The notes under the pieces were generated by a model, which saw only the letters and a program-made list of their open reading frames with translations, searched no databases and was not told the DNA's origin. From positions 1 through 64,000 of IMG/VR virus record IMGVR_UViG_3300036773_000146: DNA of 64,000 nt, one strand, 5' to 3'. Below are positions 41,238 to 53,128 of the stretch, piece by piece. The stretch's first letter is position 1. Each line of letters starts with the position of its first letter. This DNA is from a virus. Both the position numbers and the translations under genes were made by a program.

Positions 41238-41555
41238 TCACGAGAGCCTCCAGCTCGGGCGGAAGTCGGGGTGGTGCGGCCAGGCCATGACCATGTCGTC
41301 GAGCACGTCGCGGTAGGCCATGCGGACCATGTCGTTGGCCAGCGTGAGGTCGGCCTCGGCGCGCTCACCGCCTAGCTCGGCCGACGAGAGCCAGGGGAAC
41401 AGCTCCTTGGCCGTGGGGCCGCCGAGCAGCTCGTAGCGCCGGGCCCGGTCGAGTGTGCGGCGCTTGGCCTTGGCCTGGACGAAGTGTGCTGTTCGGTCTT
41501 CCTCGTCGAGCCGCGCGGCGATGAAGTCGATCTTCTCCAGGTAGTCCTCGCTCAC
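41238..41555 (-). CDS. DUF6221-like protein
   Basis: FIAARLDE...WPHHPDFRPSWR. Confidence 0.65.
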   Translation of the reverse strand: MSEDYLEKIDFIAARLDEEDRTAHFVQAKAKRRTLDRARRYELLGGPTAKELFPWLSSAELGGERAEADLTLANDMVRMAYRDVLDDMVMAWPHHPDFRPSWRLS

Positions 41556-41811
41556 CGTTGCTCCCGATAGACGTGCGGGCGAATGCCGCTGTGCTGCTGC
41601 GCGAGTTCCTGATTGAGCCGCAGCACCGTATCGACCCACTCGAAGACGTCGTGGGTCTCCAGGTGCTGGCGCAAGATGGCCTTAAGCCATTGCCCGACCT
41701 GCGGCGCGCCATCGGCCCGGATCGGCGGGCGCTGCCGCTCGTAGGCCTCCTGGCTCAGGACCCAACCGCAGCCGTCGACCGGGCACTCGTAGACGGGGAT
41801 GTTCAGCATGC

Positions 41812-42234
41812 TCACGGTCGCCAGCTCTCCTGGTAGTCCGGGTGGTGGGCCCAGGGCAGCGCGATCACCTGGACCGCCAGCTCCAGGGAGTCGGCCTTGA
41901 CGCTCCACGGCCGGTCCCCCGCGAGCGTGTAGTCCTCGCGGTAGTCGATCGCGTTCCTCCGCGCCTCGGCGTACAGCTCGACGAGCCTGCGCTTGGCCGC
42001 GAGGTCTTCCAGCACACGCTGCGGATCCTGGCTGGCGAAGAACTCGACGTCCGCCGGTTCGTACCAGGCCTGCCCCGTGTCGCGGGAGAAGCGGCCGTGG
42101 AAGAACGAGTCGAAGCGCGGAACCTCTCCCTCCTCGTGCGCGGCGCCCAGCGGCTTGACCGCGAGGGCCAGCCGCTCGGCGTGGTCGAGGCGGGCCAGTA
42201 CGAAGGCGACCAGCGCCTCGGCGCCGGTGCTCAC
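41812..42234 (-). CDS. DUF6221-like protein
   Basis: FVLARLD...DP.RVL.D..AKRRLV...LPWAHHPDYQESWRP. Confidence 0.75.
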   Translation of the reverse strand: MSTGAEALVAFVLARLDHAERLALAVKPLGAAHEEGEVPRFDSFFHGRFSRDTGQAWYEPADVEFFASQDPQRVLEDLAAKRRLVELYAEARRNAIDYREDYTLAGDRPWSVKADSLELAVQVIALPWAHHPDYQESWRP

Positions 42235-43407
42235 AGTTCCTCGATCGTGACGCGCACGTCGTGGCCCTCGCAGCGGCCCAGCCAGCTGGTCCGGGTCAGT
42301 GTGTCGTCGCCGTTCCGCTCGTTGTCGAGCATCTCGATCACGAACGTGTTCTGGTCCACCAGGCCCTCGGTCGGATGGATCTCCACCGCCGAGATGGTGA
42401 CCAGCTTGATGGTCTCGGGGTTCACGGCGGGCTCAGCCATGGTCTTCCTCCAGGGCGGCAGTGATGGCTTTAACGGTGTCGCAGGGCCACGCGTCGCCGG
42501 AGTGTTCGCAGACGGGCAGGGCAGATTCGTGCCAGTGGTCCTCGATCTCGATGGGCTTGTGGAGGTCGAGCACGGCACGGAGCGCGACGAACGCTTTCGG
42601 GGCTGCCCTCCGCTTGAACCCGGTCGCGGGCTCATCCGCGTACAAGTTGCCGTAGGTGTCGAGCAGTGCGCGCGGGTCAGCCACGGTCTTCCTCCCACAG
42701 CTCCAGGTACTCGGTGTGCATGTTGGGGTCGACGAGCACGACGCGGTCACCAATGATGTCGTTGCCCAGGACCCTGAACAGGCCGCCGGTGCCATGCGAG
42801 TCGATCAGCGCCTGGACGACCGAGACCTGCACGCGCGGGCAGATGATCACCCGGCGCTGCTCGTCGAGCTGCTTGGTCATCCGGTCCCAGGTGGCCATCA
42901 GCTCCTCGTAGTTCAGGCTCACACCTGCTCCTCGTCGAACTCGATGAAGACGATCACGTGCTCGTCGGACGGCTTGATCTTGATCAGGTCGGACGCGGGC
43001 TCGTCGCCGTGCTTGACCTTGCCCAGCTCCACCAGCCGGTGGGTGGCGTAGGTGATGGCCAGCATCAGGTCGGTCCAGTCCGCGCCATCACCCCAGAAGC
43101 CGCCGGGCGTGGGCACATGCCACTCCACGCGCTGGCGGGTGAAGACCTTCTTCTCGATGTCGGCGGCCATCAGTCCTTCACCAACTCGACCGGCCCCAGG
43201 GTGCGCTTGGCCAGCTTGCGGTAGTTCGGGATGCCCTCGAAGGTCACCGTCACGGCACGGGCGTCGGTCTCGCTCTGGCACTGGCAGAAGACCGGCGGCT
43301 CCTCACCGTCGTCGAGCACGAAGTCCCAGATCTCCTGCGGGTCGGGGTCGGCCACGAAGTACTCGTTGCTCATGATCACCTCTCCGGTGCGGGGTGTGGT
43401 TATACGA

Positions 43408-43441
43408 GACCGACCCTACCAGATTGGGTAGGGTCGGTCCA
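43408..43441 (-). promoter_or_regulatory. Promoter within an extended inverted repeat
   Basis: TGGACC-N17-TAGGGT; arms GACCGACC/GGTCGGTC; core CTACCAGATTGGGTAG. Confidence 0.75.
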
Positions 43442-43918
43442 GGGCTCGATCAGGCGTTCAGGTCCCGTCCCAGGCACGCACGCAGCTCGCGCGCAACCCG
43501 GCGCAGACCCCACTTCTGCCCACGCTGCTCGGCCAGCGCCACCGGATCCGAAGCCGACACAGTGACCGGCCCATTGCCCTCGGTCTCCAGGCTCTCGATC
43601 ACGCTCAGGATGTTCTGCAAGGCCACGATGGCCCTGCCGCCGTGTTCGCCGCGCAGGCCGAGGAAGACCTTCACTGGTCCGGCGCCGTCGTCGGTAGGCA
43701 CCGTCAGCGTGATGTCCTCGCGGGCGTAGTCGCGCAGCCGCTGCCGCAGCTCCTCGGTGGTGGGGGCACTCACGCTTGCCTCGCCTTCTCGCGGTTGATC
43801 ACCTTGGCCGTGTGGCGATCGGACATGAGGTAATGCCACCGGCCGCCGGAGGTGAGCCGGAATTTGTAGCCGATCCGGACCGGCACGCCGCCGGGGAAGT
43901 AGTGCACATAATCGATCT

Positions 43919-44338
43919 TCATGAGTCCTCCTGGTCAGTAGTGGGCCAGCTGTGCTCGCCGGGTTCGGCCTGCGCCGCGCGGATCTGGGCCATCCGCCGC
44001 TTGGTGTCGGCCCAGGGCACGGTATGGCTCATCGGCCGGTGTTCAGGCTCGGCGTCCTCGGTCTCGGGTTCGTCCTCGGCAATCGCGGGGATCTGGGTGG
44101 TGATCTCGGCCAGCCGGTGCTTGCCCGGCACCGGGTCGAAGCTGCCGGTCACGAGCTTGGTGTATGCCCGCCGGTCGGCCTCGTCGGCGATCTCGTCGCG
44201 TAAGGCGTCGATGGCGTTCATGGTTTCGTCGTGGTGATCCCGGGCCCGCCGCACGTGCACCGTGTAGGCGCCGAACAGCAACACCAGGAGGACTGCGATC
44301 AGGATGAGGATGATGAGCAGGCTCATGGGGCCGCTCAC
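43919..44338 (-). CDS. Single-TM membrane protein
   Basis: Hydrophobic N-terminus. Confidence 0.65.
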   Translation of the reverse strand: MSGPMSLLIILILIAVLLVLLFGAYTVHVRRARDHHDETMNAIDALRDEIADEADRRAYTKLVTGSFDPVPGKHRLAEITTQIPAIAEDEPETEDAEPEHRPMSHTVPWADTKRRMAQIRAAQAEPGEHSWPTTDQEDS

Positions 44339-44411
44339 CGCCTTTCACGGTGTGGGTGGGGACGTGGGGCCCGCAGAGGCGTTCAGAGCCTCTGCGGGCA
44401 TCTGAGAGGCT

Positions 44412-45827
44412 TTACAGCAGGGGAAGCTCGTCCCGCCCGGCTCGCTGAAGGATCAGCAGCGGCGTCAGCTCGGGGAACTGCGCGGGGGTCACGAAGGTGA
44501 TGATCTCGACCACGCGCCACCACGAGGACTCCTCCAGCGGCGGCGTGAAGTGCATCATGCTGCCCCGCTGCGGCTGCTCGGCCAGCGTCACGGGTTCCAC
44601 CTCCTGGGCGCCCACTTGCAGCTGAACGCGGTAGGTGCGCCCGGTCTTCGCCGCCACCTCGCCCTTCAACTGCTCGGCCAGCTCCTCGCGGGGCTCGGGG
44701 GTGTCGAACAGGGTCGGGTCCTCCTCGACCACCGGGCCCTGCGGCGTGGTGAACTCCGCCAGGTTGGTCAGAACCCGCGCACCGCCCAGGCCCGTCTCCT
44801 GCTCACGGGTCGGCACGAGACGCGGCTCGTCGTGGATGCGTTCGCTGGCGAAGTCCTGCACCACCGGCTTCGCGGCCTTCTCGGGCACGGCGGTCCACGT
44901 GGTGGCGGGCTCGACCGGGTCCCAGGTCAGCTGCGCGGGGGTCACGAACCGCTCCGGCACGTTGAAGGTCTCAGCGAGGGACTCCGGCTTGACGTAGTCC
45001 AGCGAGTCACGCTCCCACGCCTGCTGGTCTGCGCGCAGGTGCGCAGTGCTGTTGGACTTGCGGCTCTGGTTGTTGAAGTACTGAAGAGCCCGGGTGAACG
45101 ACTCGTAGGTGAGGGCCTCGGTGGGCGGCTCAGGCGGGGTCACGACCTTCGTGGAGTCGGCGAGTTCCTGCTCCAGGATCTTCCGGCGCTGGCGCACGGC
45201 GTCGATAGCATCCTGGCTCGCCACCCAGCTCAGCTCCGCCTTCTGGGCGGCCTGGTACATCCACACGTCGTCGCGGGTGATGCCGATCAACGCCACGATC
45301 TGGGTGAGGCGCGGGTACCCGCTGATTTCGGGGATCGTGGTGTAGATCAGGCCCGCCAGCCCGTCGATCCTTGTCTCGGCCTGGTGCCAGATCTTCTTCG
45401 GCAGCATGCCGAGCAGCTGGTGCTCCACGGAGGTGTACGGCGGGTTCTGCTTGACGGCGTAGGCCGGGGTCTGGTGCCGCTTCTCCAGCCGCTCCTTCAT
45501 CTCGGCCATGGCCTCACTACCAGAGAGGCGCTGCTCCTGCTGGGCCTTGGAGCTGGCCGTCTGGGCATCGAGCAGGGTCGTGGCGCGCTTGAGCACCGGT
45601 GCGTCCTCACCGTGGTAGGCGGCCACCAGGCCGAGCAGCGCGCTGTTCAGGGTGATGCCCGGCAGGTGGTACTTCGGCTCGATGTCCTTGAGTGCCGACA
45701 CCGGCCCGCGCCGGTTCACCTGGTCCTGCCAGTCCTGGGGCAGGACGGTGATGACCTCCTGCTGGGCCAGGGTGAAGGGCCACTGCTGGTCACCGCCGGG
45801 CGTGGGGTGGTTCGTTTCGTGGTTCAT
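44412..45827 (-). CDS. Large hypothetical protein
   Basis: 471 aa ORF with its own AT-rich upstream region and a downstream hairpin near 44370-44400. Confidence 0.7.
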   Translation of the reverse strand: MNHETNHPTPGGDQQWPFTLAQQEVITVLPQDWQDQVNRRGPVSALKDIEPKYHLPGITLNSALLGLVAAYHGEDAPVLKRATTLLDAQTASSKAQQEQRLSGSEAMAEMKERLEKRHQTPAYAVKQNPPYTSVEHQLLGMLPKKIWHQAETRIDGLAGLIYTTIPEISGYPRLTQIVALIGITRDDVWMYQAAQKAELSWVASQDAIDAVRQRRKILEQELADSTKVVTPPEPPTEALTYESFTRALQYFNNQSRKSNSTAHLRADQQAWERDSLDYVKPESLAETFNVPERFVTPAQLTWDPVEPATTWTAVPEKAAKPVVQDFASERIHDEPRLVPTREQETGLGGARVLTNLAEFTTPQGPVVEEDPTLFDTPEPREELAEQLKGEVAAKTGRTYRVQLQVGAQEVEPVTLAEQPQRGSMMHFTPPLEESSWWRVVEIITFVTPAQFPELTPLLILQRAGRDELPLL

Positions 45828-45902
45828 GCGCCGCTCCAATGGAGTCTTATCCGGTGAGAAAAGCAGAACAAATGCGTGGTATTTAGTGGTGAATATATAT
45901 GA

Positions 45903-48900
45903 TCATTCCTGGGCATTGGTGGCGTGCAGGTGCGCGGTATCCTCCTCGGTGAGGGGCTGCCACTTGCCGCCGTTGCGGATCCGGCCCTCCCACGTCCAGG
46001 TGGCACCGTCCAGGATCAGCACGGGTGGCTGACTGATCCGCGCCCGGCGCACGTCGTGGGTGACGACGAGGACCAGGTCTCCCCGCCGGGTGAGCACCCC
46101 GGCCTCCCGCAGGCCTTCCACCCGGGTCTGCTGGGCTCGGGGCACCGGTTGCAGGGCGCGGGCGTGTGGGTAGGCGAGGACCTGGTGGTCCCGCAGCCGG
46201 TCCAGGGCGTCGGCCTTGTCGCGGGCCAGGACGTAGAAGCGGCCCTTGTACCGGCCGGTTCCGCCCAGGGCCGCCGTGACGGCGTCCGGCAGGGTGGCCG
46301 CCGTGTCGAAGTTGGTGAAGACGGTGAGGGCCATCTGGGGCCGCCCTTCTCGTGGTGGGGTCATGCCGCCCGGCGGGCCTTGTGCGCGCAGTGGCGGCAC
46401 AGGGGTAGGCTGCGGATGTCTCGGGCCGGTCCCCGCCGGGTGCGCGGCGGGTAGATTTTGCCGATGGCCTTCTGGGTGTAGACCTCGATGGGCTTGCGCA
46501 GGCCTTCGGTGCACAGGGCCGACCCGATGCCGTCGCCGTTGACGGCGCGAGCGAGGTGCCGCTTGGTTTGCAGCAGGTTGGCCGTGTCGATCACTCGTCA
46601 CGCTCGATCTCGTCGGCGATGGAGTGGATCCACGTCCACATGGCTCCGGCGCCCTGGGAGTTCGCAAGGACGCGCAAGGCGGCGGTGGCCGCAGCCTCAG
46701 CCTCTCCGAGATGGGCCCGGTGGTGCTCGTCGATGGCGTTCCGTGTCGCGCGGACCACCCGCTTGGACAGGTCGCTCACCACGACCCCTCCTCGTGCACA
46801 TCGCCATTGTCGTGCTGTGTCACGAAGTGCGTGGTGGCCATCACCATCGCGGCCGTCCAGGCGTCGGCCCACACAGCTGTCGTGACGCGGTTCGGGGCAC
46901 CGGCGGAATGCTGGCACGCCCACACCCAACAGCCCGCGATCTTGAACACGCGCGGCCGGGGCCACGTCGTCAGGTTCTCCGGCACGGCGGCTTCATCCGG
47001 CAGCTCGCTCATGACTCGGCATCCAGGATGATGCGCGCACGCGCCACGTTTTCGTGGGCCGTGTAGCGGCGATCTTCCAGCACGTCGCGGATCGCGAGCA
47101 GCAGCTGGTCCCAATGTGCGAGAGCGGCGGACAGGTCGTCGATCCGTGCCAGCAGCCCGGCTACCGGGCCCAGCCGCACGGCGTCGGCGGGTAGCTCGGA
47201 CAGGTACGCCGATGCGCTGCGCCCGACGCGGTAGTAGCCACGTACTGGACCGGATTCAAGAACTCCGTGCTTCGGGCTCCACCACAGCTCGGGCGCCTCA
47301 TCGCTCATCGGTGAACTCCTTCGAGGACTTCGGCGAGTTCGTCGATCTCTTCCTGGTGCCACCACTTGTCGGGGCGCTCAGCCATCTCCCGCAGCGCTGC
47401 TGCGATCCCCTTCCCCGTCGAGCAATCGGCGCCCAGGTTCGTCGCGTTGTTGCCCATCGCGTCATCGGTCGCCTTGACCATGCGCTCGGCCCAGGACTTG
47501 AACAGGTCGCTCATCGGGCGGACTCCTCATCCTCCTCGTCGACCAGGCTCACCATCTCCGTGCTCGGCTTACGCTCGACGGCGGCTGTCGCCAGCTTCGG
47601 CGGGTCGGCGGTCGGGTTCGCTTCGAGCCACATCCGAGCACGCTCTGAGATCGGCGTGCCCTCGCGGGGTTCCGCAGAGGCGGCCGGACCCAGGTAGTCA
47701 TCGCTCTCCAGACAGCCGCTTAAGCATCGGCAGCATCCGCCGCACGGCCCTTGGTAGTCGGCCATTCCGCCGCATGTCCCGAGCTTGCAAGCACCGATCG
47801 CGCACGACTTCGCAGGGGCGGCAGCGGGGCGGGCGAGGATGGCGCGGATACGGCTCAGGAAGCGCGGCCCGTAGCTGGTGCTGGTGTCGACCTGGAATCG
47901 AGCCCGGGTGGCCGCGTCTTCGGCGAGCACCTTGTTGATCTCGTCGAGCCTCGCCCGGGCCTCGTCACGCTCGGCGCGGACGTTCGCCGCCGCCTCAACG
48001 AGGCCGTGCCACGGATCGGCTATCGAGAGACCGAGTGCGCCGAAGACGCGGCCGTACAGTTCCGTGCTCGCGATCTGCTCCTCCCGGAGCTTCGTCTCTG
48101 CGGCATCGTCGCGGGCAGGCTCGGTGGGCTCGTCGCTCATGATCACCATTCCCTGTTGGTCGGTACGGACGGGGTTGTCGTGGTCGTGCCGGGCGGGTTG
48201 GGCACGGCCGCCGTGAGCGGACCCAGGCCCATGACCAGTTGCTGCGTGGTCCTGGTCTGGTGCCAGGAGTTCACGCAGTGCCAGAGGCCGTCGACCAGCT
48301 CCCAGCCGAGGCGGTGCCGGTCACGGGCGTAGGTGAGCCCCTCGGGGATCTCTTCGATCGTGCTGAAGGTCTTGAACGTCCAGGAAGCGTTCATGACCTT
48401 CTTCGCGTGGTGCACGGTCGCGTCCACCAGCCGCTGCACCTCGCCGTAGTCGTAGCAGCGGGGGAAACCCGCCGCGTCGTGCTCGCACGGCAGGCTGTTG
48501 ACGATGCCCGTGCAGCGGGGCTTGTGCGGATGCCGCACTCTCTCACTCGACGTGGTCATCAGACCCCTTCTGGTAAACGGTCCCCTCGTGGCCGGTGCCG
48601 ATGAGGTACCGGCCCAGGTAGGCGCGCTGCTCCTCGGGGAGCCCGGCCGCCGAGTCGCAGAGCATCTCGGCGGTCAGGCGGGCCGAGGTGATGACTCGCT
48701 CCCGGTCGTCGGCCTGGGCCTGGTCGGTCATGGAGCGCAACAACGTGTCAAGGTGCCCCACACCGATCTGCCGGGCGAGCACGATGCTGTGGTCGAAGAG
48801 CCTGCCCAGGGACGCGGGATACTCGGTCAGCGCCGCGAGGTGGTACTGCTCGGACTCGGCGTGCAGAGCCAGCAGCTCGGCATAGAGGCCCATCTCAACC

Positions 48901-49538
48901 CTCCTCGGGGATGAAGACGATCTCGCGGGACTTCGCGTCGTACTCGAAGTAGCCGATGGTCGCCCAGCCGCTGCCGGTGAACGTGACCACCCGCGAGTGA
49001 CTGTGGCTCCGGTGCACGATGACCTCGCCAGGCGTGGCCAAAAAGCCAGCGTCGCGCAGCCGCTGCGCGTCGTTGTGGAGGTGGGCCAGCACGCTCAGGT
49101 GGCGTGGGCTGTCCACGAAGGCGATCCCGACTCGCTCGGCCAGCTCGACGGCCTGCACTGCGGTGTGGGCGACGAGGTACCAGTTGCCCTGCTCACCGTG
49201 GCGCGTGGCCCCCACCAGCGCCTCGGTGCCGCGCGGGAGGTAGCTCTGACGGTGGTCCTTGTGCACGTAGACCTTAAGCTGCGACATGATCAGTTCTCCT
49301 CGGTGGTGAGCCCGGCGGCGTGCAGGAAGGCAGTCACGCGGTACTCGGCCTCGGCCTGCGCCTCGGCGACGGTGGGGTAGACGGTGTGCGGGTAACGCTT
49401 ACCCGGCAGGGTGGTCTCGACGTCGAAGCGCTCGCTGCCGACAGCCTGCACGTAAGCCACCGGCACGGTGCCAAGCAGACCGACATCGCGAGGGGTGCCA
49501 CCGGAGGTGCGCCCGCTGGTCCAGGTGAGCTGCAACAT
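45903..49538 (-). other. Operon of small hypothetical genes (incl. 45903-46334, 46361-46594, 47511-48149, 48143-48559, 48543-48893, 48895-49287, 49290-49538)
   Basis: Coupled ORFs after the promoter at 49573-49605. Confidence 0.6.
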
Positions 49539-49572
49539 GATCTTGACCTCCGGTGCGGTCTGGAACTGATAA

Positions 49573-49605
49573 CACCACCCTACCCGATCAGGTAGGGTGG
49601 TGCAA
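49573..49605 (-). promoter_or_regulatory. Promoter within an extended inverted repeat
   Basis: TTGCAC-N17-TAGGGT; arms CACCACC/GGTGGTG. Confidence 0.85.
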
Positions 49606-50588
49606 GGGGTCAGGCCTGGTCGGCGAACTTCTGCGCAGCAACCTTGGCGTCGTGCATCGTGCGCGCCGAGTCGTAGGAGATCAGGTTGCGGGTCGGCAGG
49701 GTCCAGATGCGCAGGTCCCACAGGTCGTTCGCGATCTTGTCGATCGCGAAGCTGTGCGTGTCAGTGCGGGCGTAGTAGGTACCGGACCAGGCCTGGCGGG
49801 TATATGTGAGCTTCACGATCATCCTCCGGTGCGGACGGGGGCGACCGGATGGCCGCCCCAGTTGGATCAGTCGCAGAGCCTAGAGACGAGTTCCAGCCGA
49901 GCCGGGTCCGCGCCCAGCACCCGGCCGTCGCGGTTCCAGCGGACCGGAATTTCGTCCGGCTGGACGCTAATCTCGCTCCACTTGAGCGCAGGGTCCAGCT
50001 GGACGACTACGCCCACCTCATCGAGATCGGTGTGCCGGACCGTCATGCCCTCGGCAAACTCGATCATTTCGACCTCTCCTCGGTAGCGGGGTGTAGCTCG
50101 ACGTGGGCGTCCGAGGTCTTGATCCCCGGCGGCTGGCCTGGTTACCAGCCGCCCGTCTCTCCCTGTCAGTTCTCGCGGATGTCGCTCAGGTCATCCCAGG
50201 CGAGCCACCCTGCCTCGCCGTCTTCCCACCGGGCCAGCACCACAAACCGGCGCTCTTCCAGGATCTCGACGATCTGGTCGTTGTCGAACGTGGCAATCTT
50301 GGTCATGATCGGTTTCCTTCCCGGTCGGACCGGGGGCGACCGGGTGGCCGCCCCCGCTGGGGCTCAGGCGCAGTTCCACCACAGGCGGTCGCCCAGCTCG
50401 GTGAGCAGGTCCACCAGCACCGTCCGGCGGTCCGACTGATCCAGGCCGATCAACTCGCCGTAGGCGATCTTCTGCTCGTACCCCGCGATGTGCTCGCGGA
50501 GTTCGGCGATGTTGGCCGCGTTGGCGGCGAGCGGGTGGCGGGTGGTGTTCGACATCTTGACCTCCGGTGCGATCCTCAACCTGACAAA

Positions 50589-50621
50589 ACCCATACTACC
50601 CGTTCGAGTAGTATGGGTCAA
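50589..50621 (-). promoter_or_regulatory. Promoter within an extended inverted repeat
   Basis: TTGACC-N17-TAGTAT; arms ACCCATA/TATGGGT. Confidence 0.85.
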
Positions 50622-51848
50622 GGGTCCGCTACGGCCGTATGTAAGGCACCTCGGCTTCAGCGTCGAACCAGCGCGGGGAGTGGCCGCCGTCGGCGTGCTG
50701 CACGCCGACAATCACCTACCTCGCACCGTTCGCCGGGTTGAATCCTCCGGATATGGCATCCGTGCGGACGGTGATCTGCACCAGGCCGCTCTCGTCGCGG
50801 TACTCGTCGCCCGCGCGCAAGTCCTGCGCCAGCATGGTCAGCTCTCCTTCACGGTGTCGAAGGCCCGCTGGGCATCGAAGGCCAGGACGAGGCCGGAGAG
50901 CACCTGGAGACGCTCGATCTTGCGCCACAGGCCCTCCAGGGTCTTCTGGGCGTGCTCGATGCTCCTGTCGATGTTCTGGGGCTGGAAACCGGCCACCTGG
51001 ACGTTCGCCCGGCGCCACACGGTGCCCTCTGAGGGGTAGTGGCGCGTCGTGGTGCCGTCGCGGAAGGCCAGCACCAGCTCCAGGGAGCGGGTGGCGGTGT
51101 CGGGCGCGATGCCGATCACCAGGGCCCAGCCGTTGGTCCCGGAGGCAAACCAGACGTTGTCGCCCAGCTTCAGCTCGGCGGTAGGAACCATGCTGGCGTC
51201 GCTCATGGCGGTCAAACCTCCAGGCCGGTGATGTGCTCGGCCAACCGGACCTGGGCGGCCTTGACGCCGTCATCGAAGGCCTCGTTGTACTGCGCGCTGT
51301 AACGCTGCTGCGGGGCGATGTCGTAAACCGCGCTCACGGCCTGCTTGTACTCGGCCAGCTCGGCCAACACGGCACGCAGATCGTGGGTGGTAAGCCAGAC
51401 GCCGGGGGTGGCGCGAGAGACGACGCCCTGGTGGTTGGGCTCCGGCCACTCAGCCAGGAACTGCTCGATGTTCTCGGCGGCCGCCTGGCCGGGAGAGTGC
51501 GACATGATCTTGTCCTTCCAGGACGGGGGCCGGGCCCCGTGTGGAGCCCGGCGGGTGAGTCAGCCTTCGATCATCTTCAGGGCGGCGGCCTCGCACTTGG
51601 CGCACACCTTGCGCTGGCGGAGAAGCTTGGCGTAGGCCAGCGCCTCGGCCGGGGTCTCGAAGGTCGGGCCCTTGGCGAAGCGGGTCAGGCCCCGGGAGAG
51701 CGCCGAGCAGGCGGTCATCGCGTAGTCCAGGCCGTCGGCCGAGTCCTGCGAGGTGATGTCGAGGCCCTCGATGTGGTTGCTGGTCCGGTTGTAGCGGATG
51801 GTGAACGACATCGGGGCCTCCAGTGCGGCTCGTCTTGCTGACAGATTC

Positions 51849-51877
51849 ATACTACCCGTTCAGGTAGCAGAGCGCAA
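51849..51877 (-). promoter_or_regulatory. Palindrome-containing promoter
   Basis: TTGCGC-N17-TAGTAT. Confidence 0.75.
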
Positions 51878-51884
51878 GGGCCAA

Positions 51885-52184
51885 TCAGCTGCGCTGTCCC
51901 GAGCCGTTGCACTGGAAGCAATACTTCCGGCCGTGGCGGTAGTAGCGGCTGGCCCCGTCAAACTCTCCGGTGCCGAGGCACTTGCCGCATGCCCGCTCCT
52001 CCAGGGCCTCAACCTCCAGGCGGAGGTTGTCGACCAAGGCCTGGTACTGCGCAACCTGGGCGGCCAGGGTGTCGAACTCCTTGGCGGTGCACCGAGCCTG
52101 GAAGAACTCGGCGTCGAAGACGGCGTGCTTCTCGGCGTCGGCGAGCTGGTGGCGGGCAGTGGCGAGGGTGGCAACGAAGGTCAT
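51885..52184 (-). CDS. Coiled-coil plus CxxCxGxG Zn-finger protein, probably leaderless
   Basis: CGKCLGTG...CFQCNGSG; the ATG lies 6 nt after the -10 box. Confidence 0.7.
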   Translation of the reverse strand: MTFVATLATARHQLADAEKHAVFDAEFFQARCTAKEFDTLAAQVAQYQALVDNLRLEVEALEERACGKCLGTGEFDGASRYYRHGRKYCFQCNGSGQRS

Positions 52185-52190
52185 ACCCTG

Positions 52191-52219
52191 AGACTACCCG
52201 ATTGGGTAGGGTGGCGCAA
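52191..52219 (-). promoter_or_regulatory. Palindrome-containing promoter (leaderless transcript)
   Basis: TTGCGC-N17-TAGTCT-N6-ATG. Confidence 0.8.
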
Positions 52220-53128
52220 GAGTCAGCCGCAGGGATGCACCGACAGATACGTGTAGGTCACACTGCCGATCTCGATCCCTTCGTCCAGTTCGCGCCAGGT
52301 GGCCTCCTGGCCCCATTCCTGGGGCTCTCGCAGGCTCAGAACGCACTGCTGCTGGCGATCATTGCCCGGGAACCAGAAGGGCACCACAGAGCCGTTCAGC
52401 TCGCGCAGGAGCGCGTTCAGCCGGTGCGACTCTACGTTGCTCAGGTACAGGCGGATGTCAGCCAGCGACTGCGGGTTGCCCAGGGCCGGTGTGATGAACT
52501 GGTAGGCGGCCATGAGGCGCTCGGTCAGCTCGTCATACAGGTCCAGCGGGTCGACATTGAACTGGTACCGCCCTGCCGCTGCGTCCCAGTCGCCGTAGGT
52601 CTCGTTTGCCATCGTCAAGCCCTCCCGATCGCCCATGGCTCGGGCAAGAAGCCGCCCTTGCTCAGCCAGTCGTCCAGGCCTTCGACCAGGTCGACCAGCG
52701 CCTCGGCCAGGGAGTCGTCCGGCTCCTGCTGCAATGCCTCGACCAGCTCGCGGATCTGGGCGAGGGCTACGTTCGGGTCCATGCGGACCTCCTTCATGAT
52801 CGGGAATGGAGCCGGGTGACCCCTCCACCGGAGAGGCCGCCCGGAGTGTGGTGGCAGATCAGCGGTGACCCATGGCCAGCAGGTCGGCGCCCCGAAAGTC
52901 CTCGTACAGGGCCCAGCCGTTGCCCTCATCCACGAAGACCTCCACGATCTCGGTGGTGGGCAGCGCGGCCTGCGCCTGGACGTAGTCGTAGGCGGCCGAC
53001 TGGCTGCGCTGGCGGACGCGGTCCCCCTTGTTGACGACGACGGCCCACTTCTTCCACGCGCTCATGACGATCTCCAATGCGATCAGGACGGAAGGCCCGG
53101 GGGCGGTGGTGCCCCGGGCCGGGGGTAA

